From the IMG/VR virus record IMGVR_UViG_3300028888_000063, positions 32,001 through 96,000 of that record: a stretch of DNA of 64,000 nucleotides. One strand, written 5' to 3'. A program made the position numbers and the translations under genes. This document shows positions 28,990 to 39,100 of this stretch, piece after piece. The notes under the pieces were generated by a model. That model ran no database searches. It saw nothing but the letters and a program-made list of their open reading frames with translations, and was not told the origin of the DNA. This DNA is from a virus. Lineage: Duplodnaviria > Caudoviricetes. The first letter of the stretch is position 1. Each line of letters starts with the position of its first letter.

Positions 28990-29967
28990 TTAACATATCA
29001 TTATAGGAATGTTTTAAAAGGGAAAAAATTGCTTGTTATTGGGGATAGTTGGTGTGGTTCTTGGAACGGCACGGAAAACCTTACTCCGTGGGCAACTAGA
29101 CTTGCGACTATGACAGGTGCAATATGTGAAAATCACGCTTTCCCAGGTAGTGGTTTTGTCGCTACAGGTAATTTAAACAAAAATTATGCTACTGCAATTT
29201 CTGAGCTTGACGGAGATTTTGATGCAATAATTGTTCAAGGCGGCATAAATGATATTGTAGCTAATCCGACCGCTGAAACTATTAAAACAGCAGTTGCAAA
29301 TTTTGCAACGAATTGTAGAACAAAATTTCCTAATAGAGATATTTATTTTATACCAACTACACAATGTGTACCGTTAAACATAACACAGATTCAAGTAATA
29401 TTTAATATAATGCTTGAAGCACGAAAACACTATTTAATAACATGCAAGGAGACTGCATCAATTTCTATTAGCTCACCAAATTATGCAGGAGATTTAACCC
29501 ACTTAAGTGATGCCGGCTACGATGAACTTGCAAGATGCGTTGCACAATTTTTAAGCGAAGGTACATCAAAAGTTACAAAAGAAACTATTCATTACCCCAA
29601 TAGCCCTGCTTATATGTTTTATAATATGACTCCGCCAGCAGGTATTACATGGACTGGCATGTATATTCGAGTGGAAGGCGACATTGTTAATTTCTATGGT
29701 ACAGCAAACTTTGCGAATGATACAACTGGAGATTTTGTTAAAATAATGGACGGGTTACCGCCTGCTATCGCGCCATATACAGCATCAAATTACGCTTTTG
29801 ATACATTCCCCGCAGGTTCAGATCCTGCTTTCGCTTATAGAGTTGCATTTATGGTAGGCCAAGAAATGTTTGTACAAACAATGTGGACAAACATGAAAAA
29901 TCATACTTTGTTTGTAATAGCATCATATACTACAAACGAAAATACTGAATTGTTTACAACTACATAA
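28978..29967 (+). CDS. Silent tail-fibre cassette C: SGNH/GDSL esterase domain plus beta-rich C-terminal domain (329 aa)
   Basis: VIGDSW, PGSG, QGGINDI, DLTHLSDAGY blocks; called TTG start lacks an SD; begins at the repeat. Confidence 0.8.
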   Translation, partial: LNSNLTYHYRNVLKGKKLLVIGDSWCGSWNGTENLTPWATRLATMTGAICENHAFPGSGFVATGNLNKNYATAISELDGDFDAIIVQGGINDIVANPTAETIKTAVANFATNCRTKFPNRDIYFIPTTQCVPLNITQIQVIFNIMLEARKHYLITCKETASISISSPNYAGDLTHLSDAGYDELARCVAQFLSEGTSKVTKETIHYPNSPAYMFYNMTPPAGITWTGMYIRVEGDIVNFYGTANFANDTTGDFVKIMDGLPPAIAPYTASNYAFDTFPAGSDPAFAYRVAFMVGQEMFVQTMWTNMKNHTLFVIASYTTNENTELFTTT

Positions 29968-30067
29968 AGCTTAAAATCATAGTATGAATATTATGTTATT
30001 ATTAAATATAGATAAGACAGATATTTTTGCTATTATATAGCTATAACTAATTCAATTCGTTAATATT

Positions 30068-30802
30068 TTATACCGATGCTAAATATACACATGATCCATA
30101 CCAATGGCCAGCAACTTGACCACAATACCATGGCTGTAAAGTACCTCCGTCTAAATTAACACGAGGTTGTAAACTTGTATCTGTTCGGCCACCGGCAGCA
30201 GATACAAATATAGTGCCCCCAGTGACTGGCGAAGGACAAGCGTTGTTTGCAGAAAGCTTAGCTACACCATCGCTAGAATAAGTTGAGTTTAAAGTAACGT
30301 CATAAGTTAAATGCACTATTCTCACTCCACTAGCACCAACGCTAATACTACGATAAGATATTCCACCGCTACAATATGTAGAATTAACTGCAACACCAGT
30401 TGAAGCAGTCAATCCATTTTGTATCCAGAGTTGGGCTTTTTCTGGCACTGAGTCCCAAACTCTTAAACACCAATATGCTCGTTCAAATCGAGGAGAATAA
30501 ATATTTAACCACCCATACGTAGCAGAACCCATATATGTGCAATAAAAATCTCCCACAGCTCTACCAGTGAAACTACCATCTGAACAAAAATTTTCAGTAA
30601 ATCCATCCCATATATGAAAATTTATAACACAATTACTGCCATTCCAACCAGCATTTATAGCTGCATCTCTCATTTGCGCCCAAGAATCTACCCATGAACT
30701 TAACTCAATATATGTACTTGCCCATTTACTATTTTGTAAAAATGAAACATCTGTCTGTAAAGTTGCAATATTAGAATTTTGAGTTGCATCATTACTATTT
30801 AA
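30068..30802 (-). CDS. Silent tail-fibre cassette D (244 aa, LNSNDATQNSNIATLQTDV...)
   Basis: Frame open 43 codons upstream of the called ATG back to the repeat, preceded by in-frame TAA; first 19 aa resemble cassette A (LNSKDASHDTSISNLQTGL). Confidence 0.85.
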   Translation of the reverse strand, partial: LNSNDATQNSNIATLQTDVSFLQNSKWASTYIELSSWVDSWAQMRDAAINAGWNGSNCVINFHIWDGFTENFCSDGSFTGRAVGDFYCTYMGSATYGWLNIYSPRFERAYWCLRVWDSVPEKAQLWIQNGLTASTGVAVNSTYCSGGISYRSISVGASGVRIVHLTYDVTLNSTYSSDGVAKLSANNACPSPVTGGTIFVSAAGGRTDTSLQPRVNLDGGTLQPWYCGQVAGHWYGSCVYLASV

Positions 30803-30806
30803 TTAA
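30791..30806 (-). repeat. Putative recombination site D TTAATTAAATAGTAAT
   Basis: Identical 16-mer to site B; inverted relative to A and C. Confidence 0.8.
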
Positions 30807-30816
30807 TTAATTGAAA

Positions 30817-30845
30817 TTGACAAGAATGAAAAATTATGTTATAAT
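30817..30845 (+). promoter_or_regulatory. Consensus sigmaA promoter
   Basis: TTGACA-17 bp-TATAAT with extended TG. Confidence 0.8.
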
Positions 30846-30871
30846 TTATTTAAATAATGGAGGGATTTTAA

Positions 30872-31105
30872 ATGGATTATTCAACAACAAATACTAATAA
30901 AATGACAATAGATACAAATACAGCGTTAGGAACTAGCTGTAGCTATTTAACAGGCTGCCCACATAGATTACCTTGTGGATATTGTATGATTATGAAAACG
31001 CCATGCATATCATCAACTTCTATTACATGGACTAATAATCCTACTACAATAACAACAGAAGTTAAACCTCTTTCTTCAAATTCTGCAATAGAAGTTAAAG
31101 CATAA
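30872..31105 (+). CDS. Small Cys/Thr-rich hypothetical protein
   Basis: CPHRLPCGYC; SD GGAGG; own promoter and terminator. Confidence 0.65.
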   Translation: MDYSTTNTNKMTIDTNTALGTSCSYLTGCPHRLPCGYCMIMKTPCISSTSITWTNNPTTITTEVKPLSSNSAIEVKA

Positions 31106-31106
31106 A

Positions 31107-31142
31107 TAAAAATGCGGTGTAATTAACACCGCATTTATTTTA
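31107..31142. terminator. Bidirectional terminator
   Basis: aaatgcggtgt-aatta-acaccgcattt. Confidence 0.8.
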
Positions 31143-31590
31143 TTCCGGTAGAACCAAATCCACCAGAGCCTCTATTTGTTTCATCTAAATCATCAACTTC
31201 TACAAGATTCATAGTAGGGACTTTTCTAAAACAGATTTGAGCAATTCTTTCACCATGCTCAATAGTCTGAGCTTCATTTGTATCATTATGAAGTGCTACA
31301 ATAACAGGCCCTCTATAATCTGAATCAATAGTGCCAGGAGTATTTGCGGGACGCAAACCTTGTTTGGTGGCCAATCCAGACCTTGGACGAATTTGTCCTT
31401 CATAGCCCTCTGGAATTGCCATCGCTAAACCTGTAGACACTTTCATAGTTTGATGTGGCGGAATCACTAAGCTAGAGTTAGGAGAATCCATAAGATAGGC
31501 ATAAAGATCGTATCCAGCTGCGCCCGCAGATCCCAAATAAGGGAGTTGAGCATCTTCGTAAAGTTTCTTAATTTGGACTTCATTAACCAT
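31135..31590 (-). CDS. dut: Trimeric dUTPase
   Basis: AGYDL, RPRSGLA, GTIDSDYRG, RIAQ, RGSGGFGSTG motifs. Confidence 0.97.
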   Translation of the reverse strand: MVNEVQIKKLYEDAQLPYLGSAGAAGYDLYAYLMDSPNSSLVIPPHQTMKVSTGLAMAIPEGYEGQIRPRSGLATKQGLRPANTPGTIDSDYRGPVIVALHNDTNEAQTIEHGERIAQICFRKVPTMNLVEVDDLDETNRGSGGFGSTGIK

Positions 31591-31819
31591 ATGTGACTTC
31601 TACCTCTTCAACTGGCTCTTTTGGATCATTAAAAGTTTTCACCAAAGTAACCTGATACCAACTGTCAATAACTTCGCCCTTTTGTTTTCTTTCTTTTAAT
31701 TCCGATGCATACTTTTTCATGGAATAAGCATTATTCTTTTTTTGCTCTTCAATAAAAGCTTTAGCTTCAGATTCAGTATCTACTCTATATTTTTCGGTAA
31801 CTTCACAAAGATATTTCAT
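31583..31819 (-). CDS. Hypothetical protein
   Basis: 78 aa, SD, operon packing. Confidence 0.6.
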   Translation of the reverse strand: MKYLCEVTEKYRVDTESEAKAFIEEQKKNNAYSMKKYASELKERKQKGEVIDSWYQVTLVKTFNDPKEPVEEVEVTYG

Positions 31820-32095
31820 TTATTTCTCCTGTAAAATAACATTAAATTTTGTTTTTTCAAATTTAGTATTCTGATAAGTAATTATATCATCTTTTATTTT
31901 TTGCGTATAATTATTGTTACCAATGATAATAAGTTCATCAACATTTTTTTCTATGCAAAAATTAGTAATGGTGCTGCAAAAAAGAATGTTGTAATTACCT
32001 AATTCATATTTCCAAATTGCTCCTGTCTCATTATCATGTATAATAGGTTGAATATTTAAATTAACAGGACTTAATTCTATAATACAAGTTCTCAT
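31820..32095 (-). CDS. Hypothetical protein
   Basis: 91 aa, ATGA coupling. Confidence 0.55.
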   Translation of the reverse strand: MRTCIIELSPVNLNIQPIIHDNETGAIWKYELGNYNILFCSTITNFCIEKNVDELIIIGNNNYTQKIKDDIITYQNTKFEKTKFNVILQEK

Positions 32096-32451
32096 ATTTC
32101 TACTATTGCCTCATCATATCTAAATAAATAATAGCAATAATCTTCATCGTCTATCCGCAGCCAAATTTCCCATGCATTACCATCTGTGGGATCAATAGAA
32201 ACAATCTTACCTCGGTTTACAAGGCATTCAATAATAACAGCAGCCATATCTGAATAAGATCCATGATCCAAACGAAAAACAGTAAAATCTCTTTGTTCGT
32301 GGCATAATAGCATAGCATATTTATCAACATGATCTCTATACCATCTGCGGATTTCTTCTTGTCTATCTAAAATTTTAGATCTACTAAGAACTTCTTCTTG
32401 CATACTTAATTGTTTATTTACTTCATATAAGGTCCCCGCTTCTAAATCCAT
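32092..32451 (-). CDS. Hypothetical protein (start re-assigned to MDLEAG)
   Basis: GGAGG SD before ATG at 32451. Confidence 0.6.
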   Translation of the reverse strand: MDLEAGTLYEVNKQLSMQEEVLSRSKILDRQEEIRRWYRDHVDKYAMLLCHEQRDFTVFRLDHGSYSDMAAVIIECLVNRGKIVSIDPTDGNAWEIWLRIDDEDYCYYLFRYDEAIVEI

Positions 32452-32815
32452 GGGATACAACCTCCTGTACTGGAATTCCATATGAAGATAGCCAATCAGC
32501 AACTAAATGTCTATGACAAAATTCATCAGGTTTTTCATAACATAACAATACAATTTGCCAATCTTCTGTTAATTTCATTAGCTCTTCCCTAACTTCATAA
32601 GGATTCAAATTATCTAATACTTCTTTAATATATTGTTCAGAGTATTTCTTTTCATCATGAGTTTCTTTAAACTCTTTTAAAATACTCCAACTGGGCGCGA
32701 GCTGCTTATATTCTAGACCCTTGTACCATGCGGGAGCTGCGCGCGCAATACTAACAGGAGTGACATGCTCTGTAGGGAGATTTCTTAAATTAGCAAAATA
32801 ACTTGTGAAAAACAT
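32423..32815 (-). CDS. DUF488-like protein
   Basis: FTSYF, LAPSW, LLCYEKPDEFCHRHLVA motifs. Confidence 0.7.
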   Translation of the reverse strand: MFFTSYFANLRNLPTEHVTPVSIARAAPAWYKGLEYKQLAPSWSILKEFKETHDEKKYSEQYIKEVLDNLNPYEVREELMKLTEDWQIVLLCYEKPDEFCHRHLVADWLSSYGIPVQEVVSHGFRSGDLI

Positions 32816-33288
32816 TAACTAATCCTTTCGGCATATTGATTAGGCGAAGCTAATTTTACACCTAATATTTCATCATAATGGCTATCTTGGTCAGGAATAA
32901 ACCTTCCATATTTTATATATATATTATCATATTTTTTTAAAAAAGTCAAGTAGTATTTTAATTCTTCTTTTGTATATCCAGTATATAAAACAATATCATC
33001 TTTAGTTTTCATGCGTACAGCTATAATAAACTGTTTTAATTCATCCCAAGAATCAAAAGGTTCTAATCCTTGGCATACAATAGCTTCACTAATTGGATTT
33101 TGCAAATATCTTATAATTAATTCATATATATCTATATTAACTTCGGGCGCAGTAGCTAGGTCTGAATTTTGACAGACTTGGCGCCCGCATTCTTTATCAC
33201 ATTTAAAACTACAATAAGGAAATTCCAAAACCATTGCAGGTTTTTTATAATTGACAAAATCTTCATCAATTAATCCTTTGAGTATCAT
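32815..33288 (-). CDS. nrdG: Anaerobic ribonucleotide reductase activating protein (radical SAM)
   Basis: CSFKCDKEC cluster motif, GLEPF, YTGY, KYGRF; adjacent to nrdD. Confidence 0.85.
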   Translation of the reverse strand: MILKGLIDEDFVNYKKPAMVLEFPYCSFKCDKECGRQVCQNSDLATAPEVNIDIYELIIRYLQNPISEAIVCQGLEPFDSWDELKQFIIAVRMKTKDDIVLYTGYTKEELKYYLTFLKKYDNIYIKYGRFIPDQDSHYDEILGVKLASPNQYAERIS

Positions 33289-35243
33289 AATTCCTCCGCA
33301 GTAGTATTAATAGCTTCCCAACGTCTAAGTTTATATTCACTCTTTCTATTCTTAGACCATGTTTGGATTGGAGTGTAGAACCCTACAATTCTCGTGTATT
33401 CAGTTTCTACTGGCTTACCGCATTTAGGACAAGTTCTACCATAAAAGGCATGGTTATCTTCGCACGCTTGGATCTTAGTATTAAAAGCAAAATAAGTTAC
33501 ACCCTGATCTGCAATATATTCTACCATTTTTCTAGCTTTTTCATAACTATCAAATGGTGTATCAATATTAGCGTGAAGAATTGAACCACCATTACAATAA
33601 CTATCGAAAAGTGCTTGAACCCTTACTCGTTCTTGAAGGGTTGTTTTAATTCCGAGTGGCATAAATTGGTTGCCATAAAGGGGTAAGTCATAGATATTAG
33701 CATCGGGATAGAAAAATTTATCTTTCCGCATTAGCTTATCGGCTGCACTTTCACCTGGAATTTGTTCTGTATTTATTTTATAGTCTGCGTTAACTTTTAG
33801 GATAAACTTATCTGCTACATCACGCATAGTCTTAAAAATCTTTTCACCTAACACTGCCGCAGCATCATCATAAAAGGTGTTTCCAAATTCATCTTGGCTA
33901 ATATATCCAAACTTTTTCATAGTCTCATATACGCCTATAAAACCAATAGTGTTATATAAATGTTCAAAATCAACTAAACCATATGAAAAATTAGGAAGCA
34001 GTCCTTTTTCAACATCCCGTTGAATAATATGTCTTATACAATCTAAAGCCATTAAAGCGACTTCAGTACGATCCCGCAGATTTTCAAGATACTCATTTTC
34101 ATCTTTTGAATCAAGAGCGCAACGAGCTAAATTAATAGTATTGACTTTTACAGATCCTACTTTAAGCGCGGTCCCGCCAATACTGTTAAAATAACCTAGA
34201 TCTCTGATGTCACTTTTTAATCTACAACAATTTGATAAACTATTGACTGAATCATCAATGAAAAGATTGCTATCACTCCATTGCATGTTATGTTCTATAG
34301 CCCAGTGTGCAAAATCTTCATCTTCAAATTGACCATTCTTTCTAAGCAAAGAAATTGTTGAAACTGGAAATGTGAACATATTTTCCTGGCGTGTTTTTGC
34401 CATTTCTTCTAGATACCATTTTTGAAATTCAATAACTTCTTCTTCTGCATCAATCATAAAACTTCCATCGGGGAATTCACTTCCACCAAACAAAGCTTCA
34501 TAATAAGGATGATCAAATACAGAAGTGTTTGTGAATGCAGACTGTTGTCCATCACGTACATAAGGCTGGTTCACTGCATATATAAAGCGCTGAAAATTTT
34601 GCCGCGCATACTTCTCTTCACAATGACTGGTTTTAATACCTAAATAATCTGCTTCCACATCTTTATGCCAAAAGTAATACATATAAGGAATTAAATTAGG
34701 CAATCCCACGGCCCCAGAAGATCTATTGCTTGCAAAACCAATAAATTCTTTTACGAAATCTACAAAAGTAGTAAGATGTTGCGCGGGCTGCGGATTAAAA
34801 GTGCCACCAATAAAATATAACCCTTTTTCTGCTAAATCTTTTAAATCATAGGCAAAGCAATAATGTTTAAATGTTGAGGTGTCCGCATCGTGCATGTATA
34901 AATACCCCATCCATTCATATCTCAACCATGTATTTGCTGCTTTAAAACCAAATCTTTTTTGCATTTCATAATAAATTTTATTAAATGCAAGAAGTTTTCT
35001 ATGTGGTTTTGGCATTTCAGATAAAAGTGTAACTATATCTTTTCTACCAACATTACTATTACCATCAATAGAAGAATCAGCTACTGTTGATTCATCAATA
35101 AAATTTGAAATAAAATCTGTATATGAAAGCTGTTCATCAGCAAAACCATTAATTTGAGCTATCTCAGTGCCGAATTCAGCTTGAAGTTTATTATATTGTG
35201 TTTGAAAATTTTTACCAAGTCTTACATTTATTTCCATGTACAA
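33285..35243 (-). CDS. nrdD: Anaerobic ribonucleoside-triphosphate reductase (class III), no ATP cone
   Basis: YMHD, TFPV, SNCCRL, IPGESAA, C-terminal Zn site and TRIVGFY glycyl-radical loop. Confidence 0.95.
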   Translation of the reverse strand: MYMEINVRLGKNFQTQYNKLQAEFGTEIAQINGFADEQLSYTDFISNFIDESTVADSSIDGNSNVGRKDIVTLLSEMPKPHRKLLAFNKIYYEMQKRFGFKAANTWLRYEWMGYLYMHDADTSTFKHYCFAYDLKDLAEKGLYFIGGTFNPQPAQHLTTFVDFVKEFIGFASNRSSGAVGLPNLIPYMYYFWHKDVEADYLGIKTSHCEEKYARQNFQRFIYAVNQPYVRDGQQSAFTNTSVFDHPYYEALFGGSEFPDGSFMIDAEEEVIEFQKWYLEEMAKTRQENMFTFPVSTISLLRKNGQFEDEDFAHWAIEHNMQWSDSNLFIDDSVNSLSNCCRLKSDIRDLGYFNSIGGTALKVGSVKVNTINLARCALDSKDENEYLENLRDRTEVALMALDCIRHIIQRDVEKGLLPNFSYGLVDFEHLYNTIGFIGVYETMKKFGYISQDEFGNTFYDDAAAVLGEKIFKTMRDVADKFILKVNADYKINTEQIPGESAADKLMRKDKFFYPDANIYDLPLYGNQFMPLGIKTTLQERVRVQALFDSYCNGGSILHANIDTPFDSYEKARKMVEYIADQGVTYFAFNTKIQACEDNHAFYGRTCPKCGKPVETEYTRIVGFYTPIQTWSKNRKSEYKLRRWEAINTTAEEL

Positions 35244-35246
35244 TCC

Positions 35247-35447
35247 TCACTCTTGAGTTTTAAGCCAAGCTAAAGCTTGTGAAAAATCTTTTAATTCACC
35301 ATCAATTTCTAACATAGGCGCAGATTTAATTCCTTTTGCCATCATGTCATCAATATTAGTATTGATAGTATATTGGATTCCTTTCTGATCAAGTTTCATA
35401 GATAAAACTTTACATTTAGGACAATTAGTTGAATAAAAAGTAATCAT
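35247..35447 (-). CDS. Glutaredoxin/NrdH-like redoxin
   Basis: CPKC motif, SAPML; 66 aa upstream of nrdD. Confidence 0.85.
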   Translation of the reverse strand: MITFYSTNCPKCKVLSMKLDQKGIQYTINTNIDDMMAKGIKSAPMLEIDGELKDFSQALAWLKTQE

Positions 35448-35490
35448 ATATTCGCCTCCGTATTTATACTTAAGTTTCTTTTGGAGAAAA

Positions 35491-36102
35491 TTATATGATT
35501 TTGCCCGAATCGCCCGAAAGGAAATATGCCAAAAGATTTTCAGATAACCAATCTAAGAGTTCTTCTGTAATAGTAGTAATAGATCTATTTTGATTATAGA
35601 CAGTAAAGTAAGGAAAATCTAAATCATATTGATTAAAATCCGAATCATCAGTTTTAAAACGCCTACAAATTTCTGCACAGTCTGGATATTTTTCTCGGTT
35701 TAATTGTCGTAATAATCTTTCTTTATCATCACAATTGATAAAAATTGGAATTACCTTATAATCTGCTTGTGGCAACTTCAAAAGTTGATGAATACCGCTT
35801 AAATTAAATACCCCAATATTAATTTTATAATCTGTTAAAGCAAATTTTGGAGTGCCATATTTCCAACCTCGAAATTCAGATGTCTCTAAGAACATTTTAT
35901 CTTTTTTACTTTGGATATATTGATCTTCTGTATAGAAAAAATAATCTACCCCATCTTTTTCATACTCGCGCGGCGGCCGCGTAGTTACAGATACCAACTC
36001 ATGGTAAATGAAAGGAGATTGTTTAATAATCTCCTTTAATATAGAATCTTTACCAGCGCCCGCCTTGCCGAATAATGCTACAATAATTTTTTTATCATTC
36101 AT
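35491..36102 (-). CDS. gmk: Guanylate kinase-like protein
   Basis: GKAGAGKD P-loop, TTRPPREYEKDGVDYFF, YGT motifs. Confidence 0.9.
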   Translation of the reverse strand: MNDKKIIVALFGKAGAGKDSILKEIIKQSPFIYHELVSVTTRPPREYEKDGVDYFFYTEDQYIQSKKDKMFLETSEFRGWKYGTPKFALTDYKINIGVFNLSGIHQLLKLPQADYKVIPIFINCDDKERLLRQLNREKYPDCAEICRRFKTDDSDFNQYDLDFPYFTVYNQNRSITTITEELLDWLSENLLAYFLSGDSGKII

Positions 36103-39100
36103 CTTCTTGACCATACCTTTGTGATGTAATTTCAATATTTTGTCCTATAACGTCAGTTATTTTATACAAAGTATGACCAGGTGTATTTGCATACCGTTTA
36201 GCATTAAATGTATCATCTCTTCTAAATCCTGTAATCATAAGTTTTGTACCGCGGGTAAACCAACCTTTTTCTTTAATCTTTTTCGTTCCATCCGTTTGTA
36301 CTTCACTAATTTGTCTACCATACATTGCATAAAAATCTTTAGAAAATTTTACATTAACAACGCCTGTTGTTGTTAATAATGAGATACTGTGTCGTGTATC
36401 ATTTTTACTAATTACAGTTCCTGCAATTCGTGTTAATTTATAAATAGGAATTTGTTGTCCATTTCTTTTGAAAAAATAATCAACTTCTGGATTACTATTA
36501 AGATTTTTAAAATCAACAATTCCATATTTATGAGTATTAATTCCTTGCAATTCATGCGGGTTATAATAAAAACACAATGCTTCCATTTCCCAAGCTGAAA
36601 TAGATCCTTTTGCATATTTATCCCAAAGATCTAAGAATAATTGTTTATTATACTCATCTAATACTTCTTGTTGATGCGTTTGTAACCATGCTCTAACAGT
36701 ATCCATCTTTTGTTTATATATTTTATCCCATACTGTTTGTTTAATAAAAAACTGTCCATGACTTATTTGAATTATATCTAACAAATCAGAAGCTTCCCGC
36801 TCAAGAAATTCATACATAATTTCACTGATTCTATAATATTCTTCAACTTTATCTTTTTTACAGAATTTATTAAATTTAAAGATTTTTTTCTCAAAATCTA
36901 ATTCTGGCGGGAACAGCCCACGTTCAATTAACCCATTTACATTTTGAAGATTCAGTTTTGTTTTTGGCTCACTTGCAATAATCAAATACTGAATCATTGT
37001 TAAAATTCTTGGATGAATTTTTAACTCTGCGGCGACCGCACTATTTATCGAATCAAATGCCCCCGCCTTAATCAAACTAATCATTGCAGTTTTAGTTAAT
37101 GGGCATTTTCTTAAAAAATCTTTGAAGTTATTATAAGGTCTATTATTTAAAATTTTATCAATAATTGGCGCCCCAACTCCATTTAATGCTTTCATGCCAA
37201 AGAGAATTTGATGATTATCTGGATCTGGTTCAAATCCATATGCAGATTTATTAATATCAACTAAGCTAACTTTAATTCCAGAATTAATAATTTCACCGAT
37301 AGCTTTAGCTAATTTTGCATAGTCTGTACTAGTCTCTTTCTTTTGAACCCCAATAATATCTCCATCATCATCTTCTAAATATTCATTTTCATCTTCTTCA
37401 AGGCTTCCACTATTAACAATAAGACACGCAGTATTCCAATAAATTGGATCCCAGTTTGTTGCTATATACGCAGTTTGATATCCAATAAATGAATATGCTA
37501 AAGCATGTATGATCGAAAAAGAATAACCCATTTGAGGCCCAATACCTTGGAACCAAATATATTTACCAAGAGCTGGAGATTTTGCCTGTGTTAACACTTG
37601 TTCTTTAAGCGCGGGAATCTTTTCCATCTGTTTTTTGCCAACGATTTTTCTAGCGCTATTTGCATCTTTAAGACTAAATCCACAAATATCTGGGTCCATC
37701 AACATCATCATCATTTGTTCCTGGCTTGGCGGGACTCCATATGACTGTTTAAAATACTTTTCTACTATCTGGACTTCATGATCTGTGAGACCTGCCGCCG
37801 CCATTTCATTATACCAAAGTTTAATATTATTTTTGAACCTAATATATTTTTCCATAGGCGTCTCTTGACCTTGCTCACTTGTCATAAGGCGCATTAGTCC
37901 ATTTGCATCCGCGAGTTCTAAAATATTTTGTGGTTTAATTTTTTTAGCTGCCTGCGCGCCAACATCGCTATCAAATTGGAATACATTTAAGATAGATCCT
38001 TTTTGAATATTTTCCCATACATCCTTTCGATCAAGAGGAAGAACATTAGGATGAAAATATTTATTATATACCTCTCTTAAAGTTAAATTATTTTCAATTT
38101 GATTAAACTCTTGAAGAAACTTAATTGCTTGTGCAAGTTTATCTTCTACTTCAGTAACCAGAAAGTCATATTTTACAAAACCTAAATATTCTGCATCATG
38201 AAGATCAAAAGCTGTAATGATTTCTCCTTTTGGAGTTCGCATATAAGAACCAAACTCATAGGGATCTTCATCATTCATTACAATCCCTGAAGCATGAGAG
38301 CTTCTTTTGTTAATCAAATTTTCGATTCCTGACATAATCTCCAAAAGTCCAGGATATTCTGCAATTTCATTAATAAATAAATCAACCTTGCGGCGGCCCT
38401 TGTCAGGATTACCCTGGATTACATCTTTTAACGGCCATAGAAATCCTCGTTCACTTGGGATTAGAGATGATAAATATTGAGCTGTATCACTATCAATACC
38501 ATCTGGATAAGTTTCAGACCGATACCCGCGGCAAGCTGTTAAAATTGTTGATTTAGTTGTTTCTGTACCAAATGTCGCTACTAATACACAACCAAGATTT
38601 TTACGACTTAATTCATCAACATCTTGATTAAAATGCATACCGCGCTCTTCTTTTATTTTACGAATAATTGTAGGTTTTTTAGATGGACACAAATCTAGAT
38701 CGATATCACCAAGTTCTACTCTATCTTTATTAAGATATCTCCAGAATGGAAGATTCCACTGGATTGGATCAAGCTGTGTAATTCCGAGTAGATAATGATT
38801 TAATCCACTACAACTAGAACCACGGCCGGCACCGACCAAGCTCCCGCATTCCCACATCATATCAATATAATGTTGAAGTGTAATAGGATATTTAAACATA
38901 TTAGTTTCAAGTTTTTCACTAATTGTTCTTTTAATATCAGCTTCTTCTTCAAGTCGTGCTAAATAAGTGTCATTTTCTAAATTTAATTCTTGAAGTTTAT
39001 TAATACACTCATTAACCCAATATCTCTCATAATTATCTTGTGATTCATACATCGAAGTTAATACTGGGTATTTTTCTGTAAAGGAATTATTAGCTTTACC

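Noticed and set aside
30725-30736. CAAAATAGTAAA inside cassette D as an extra recombination site
   Set aside because: In frame, but it lacks the TTNATT left half; probably chance or a coiled-coil echo.
22298-30806. Diversity-generating retroelement
   Set aside because: No reverse transcriptase and no TR/VR pair differing at adenines was seen.
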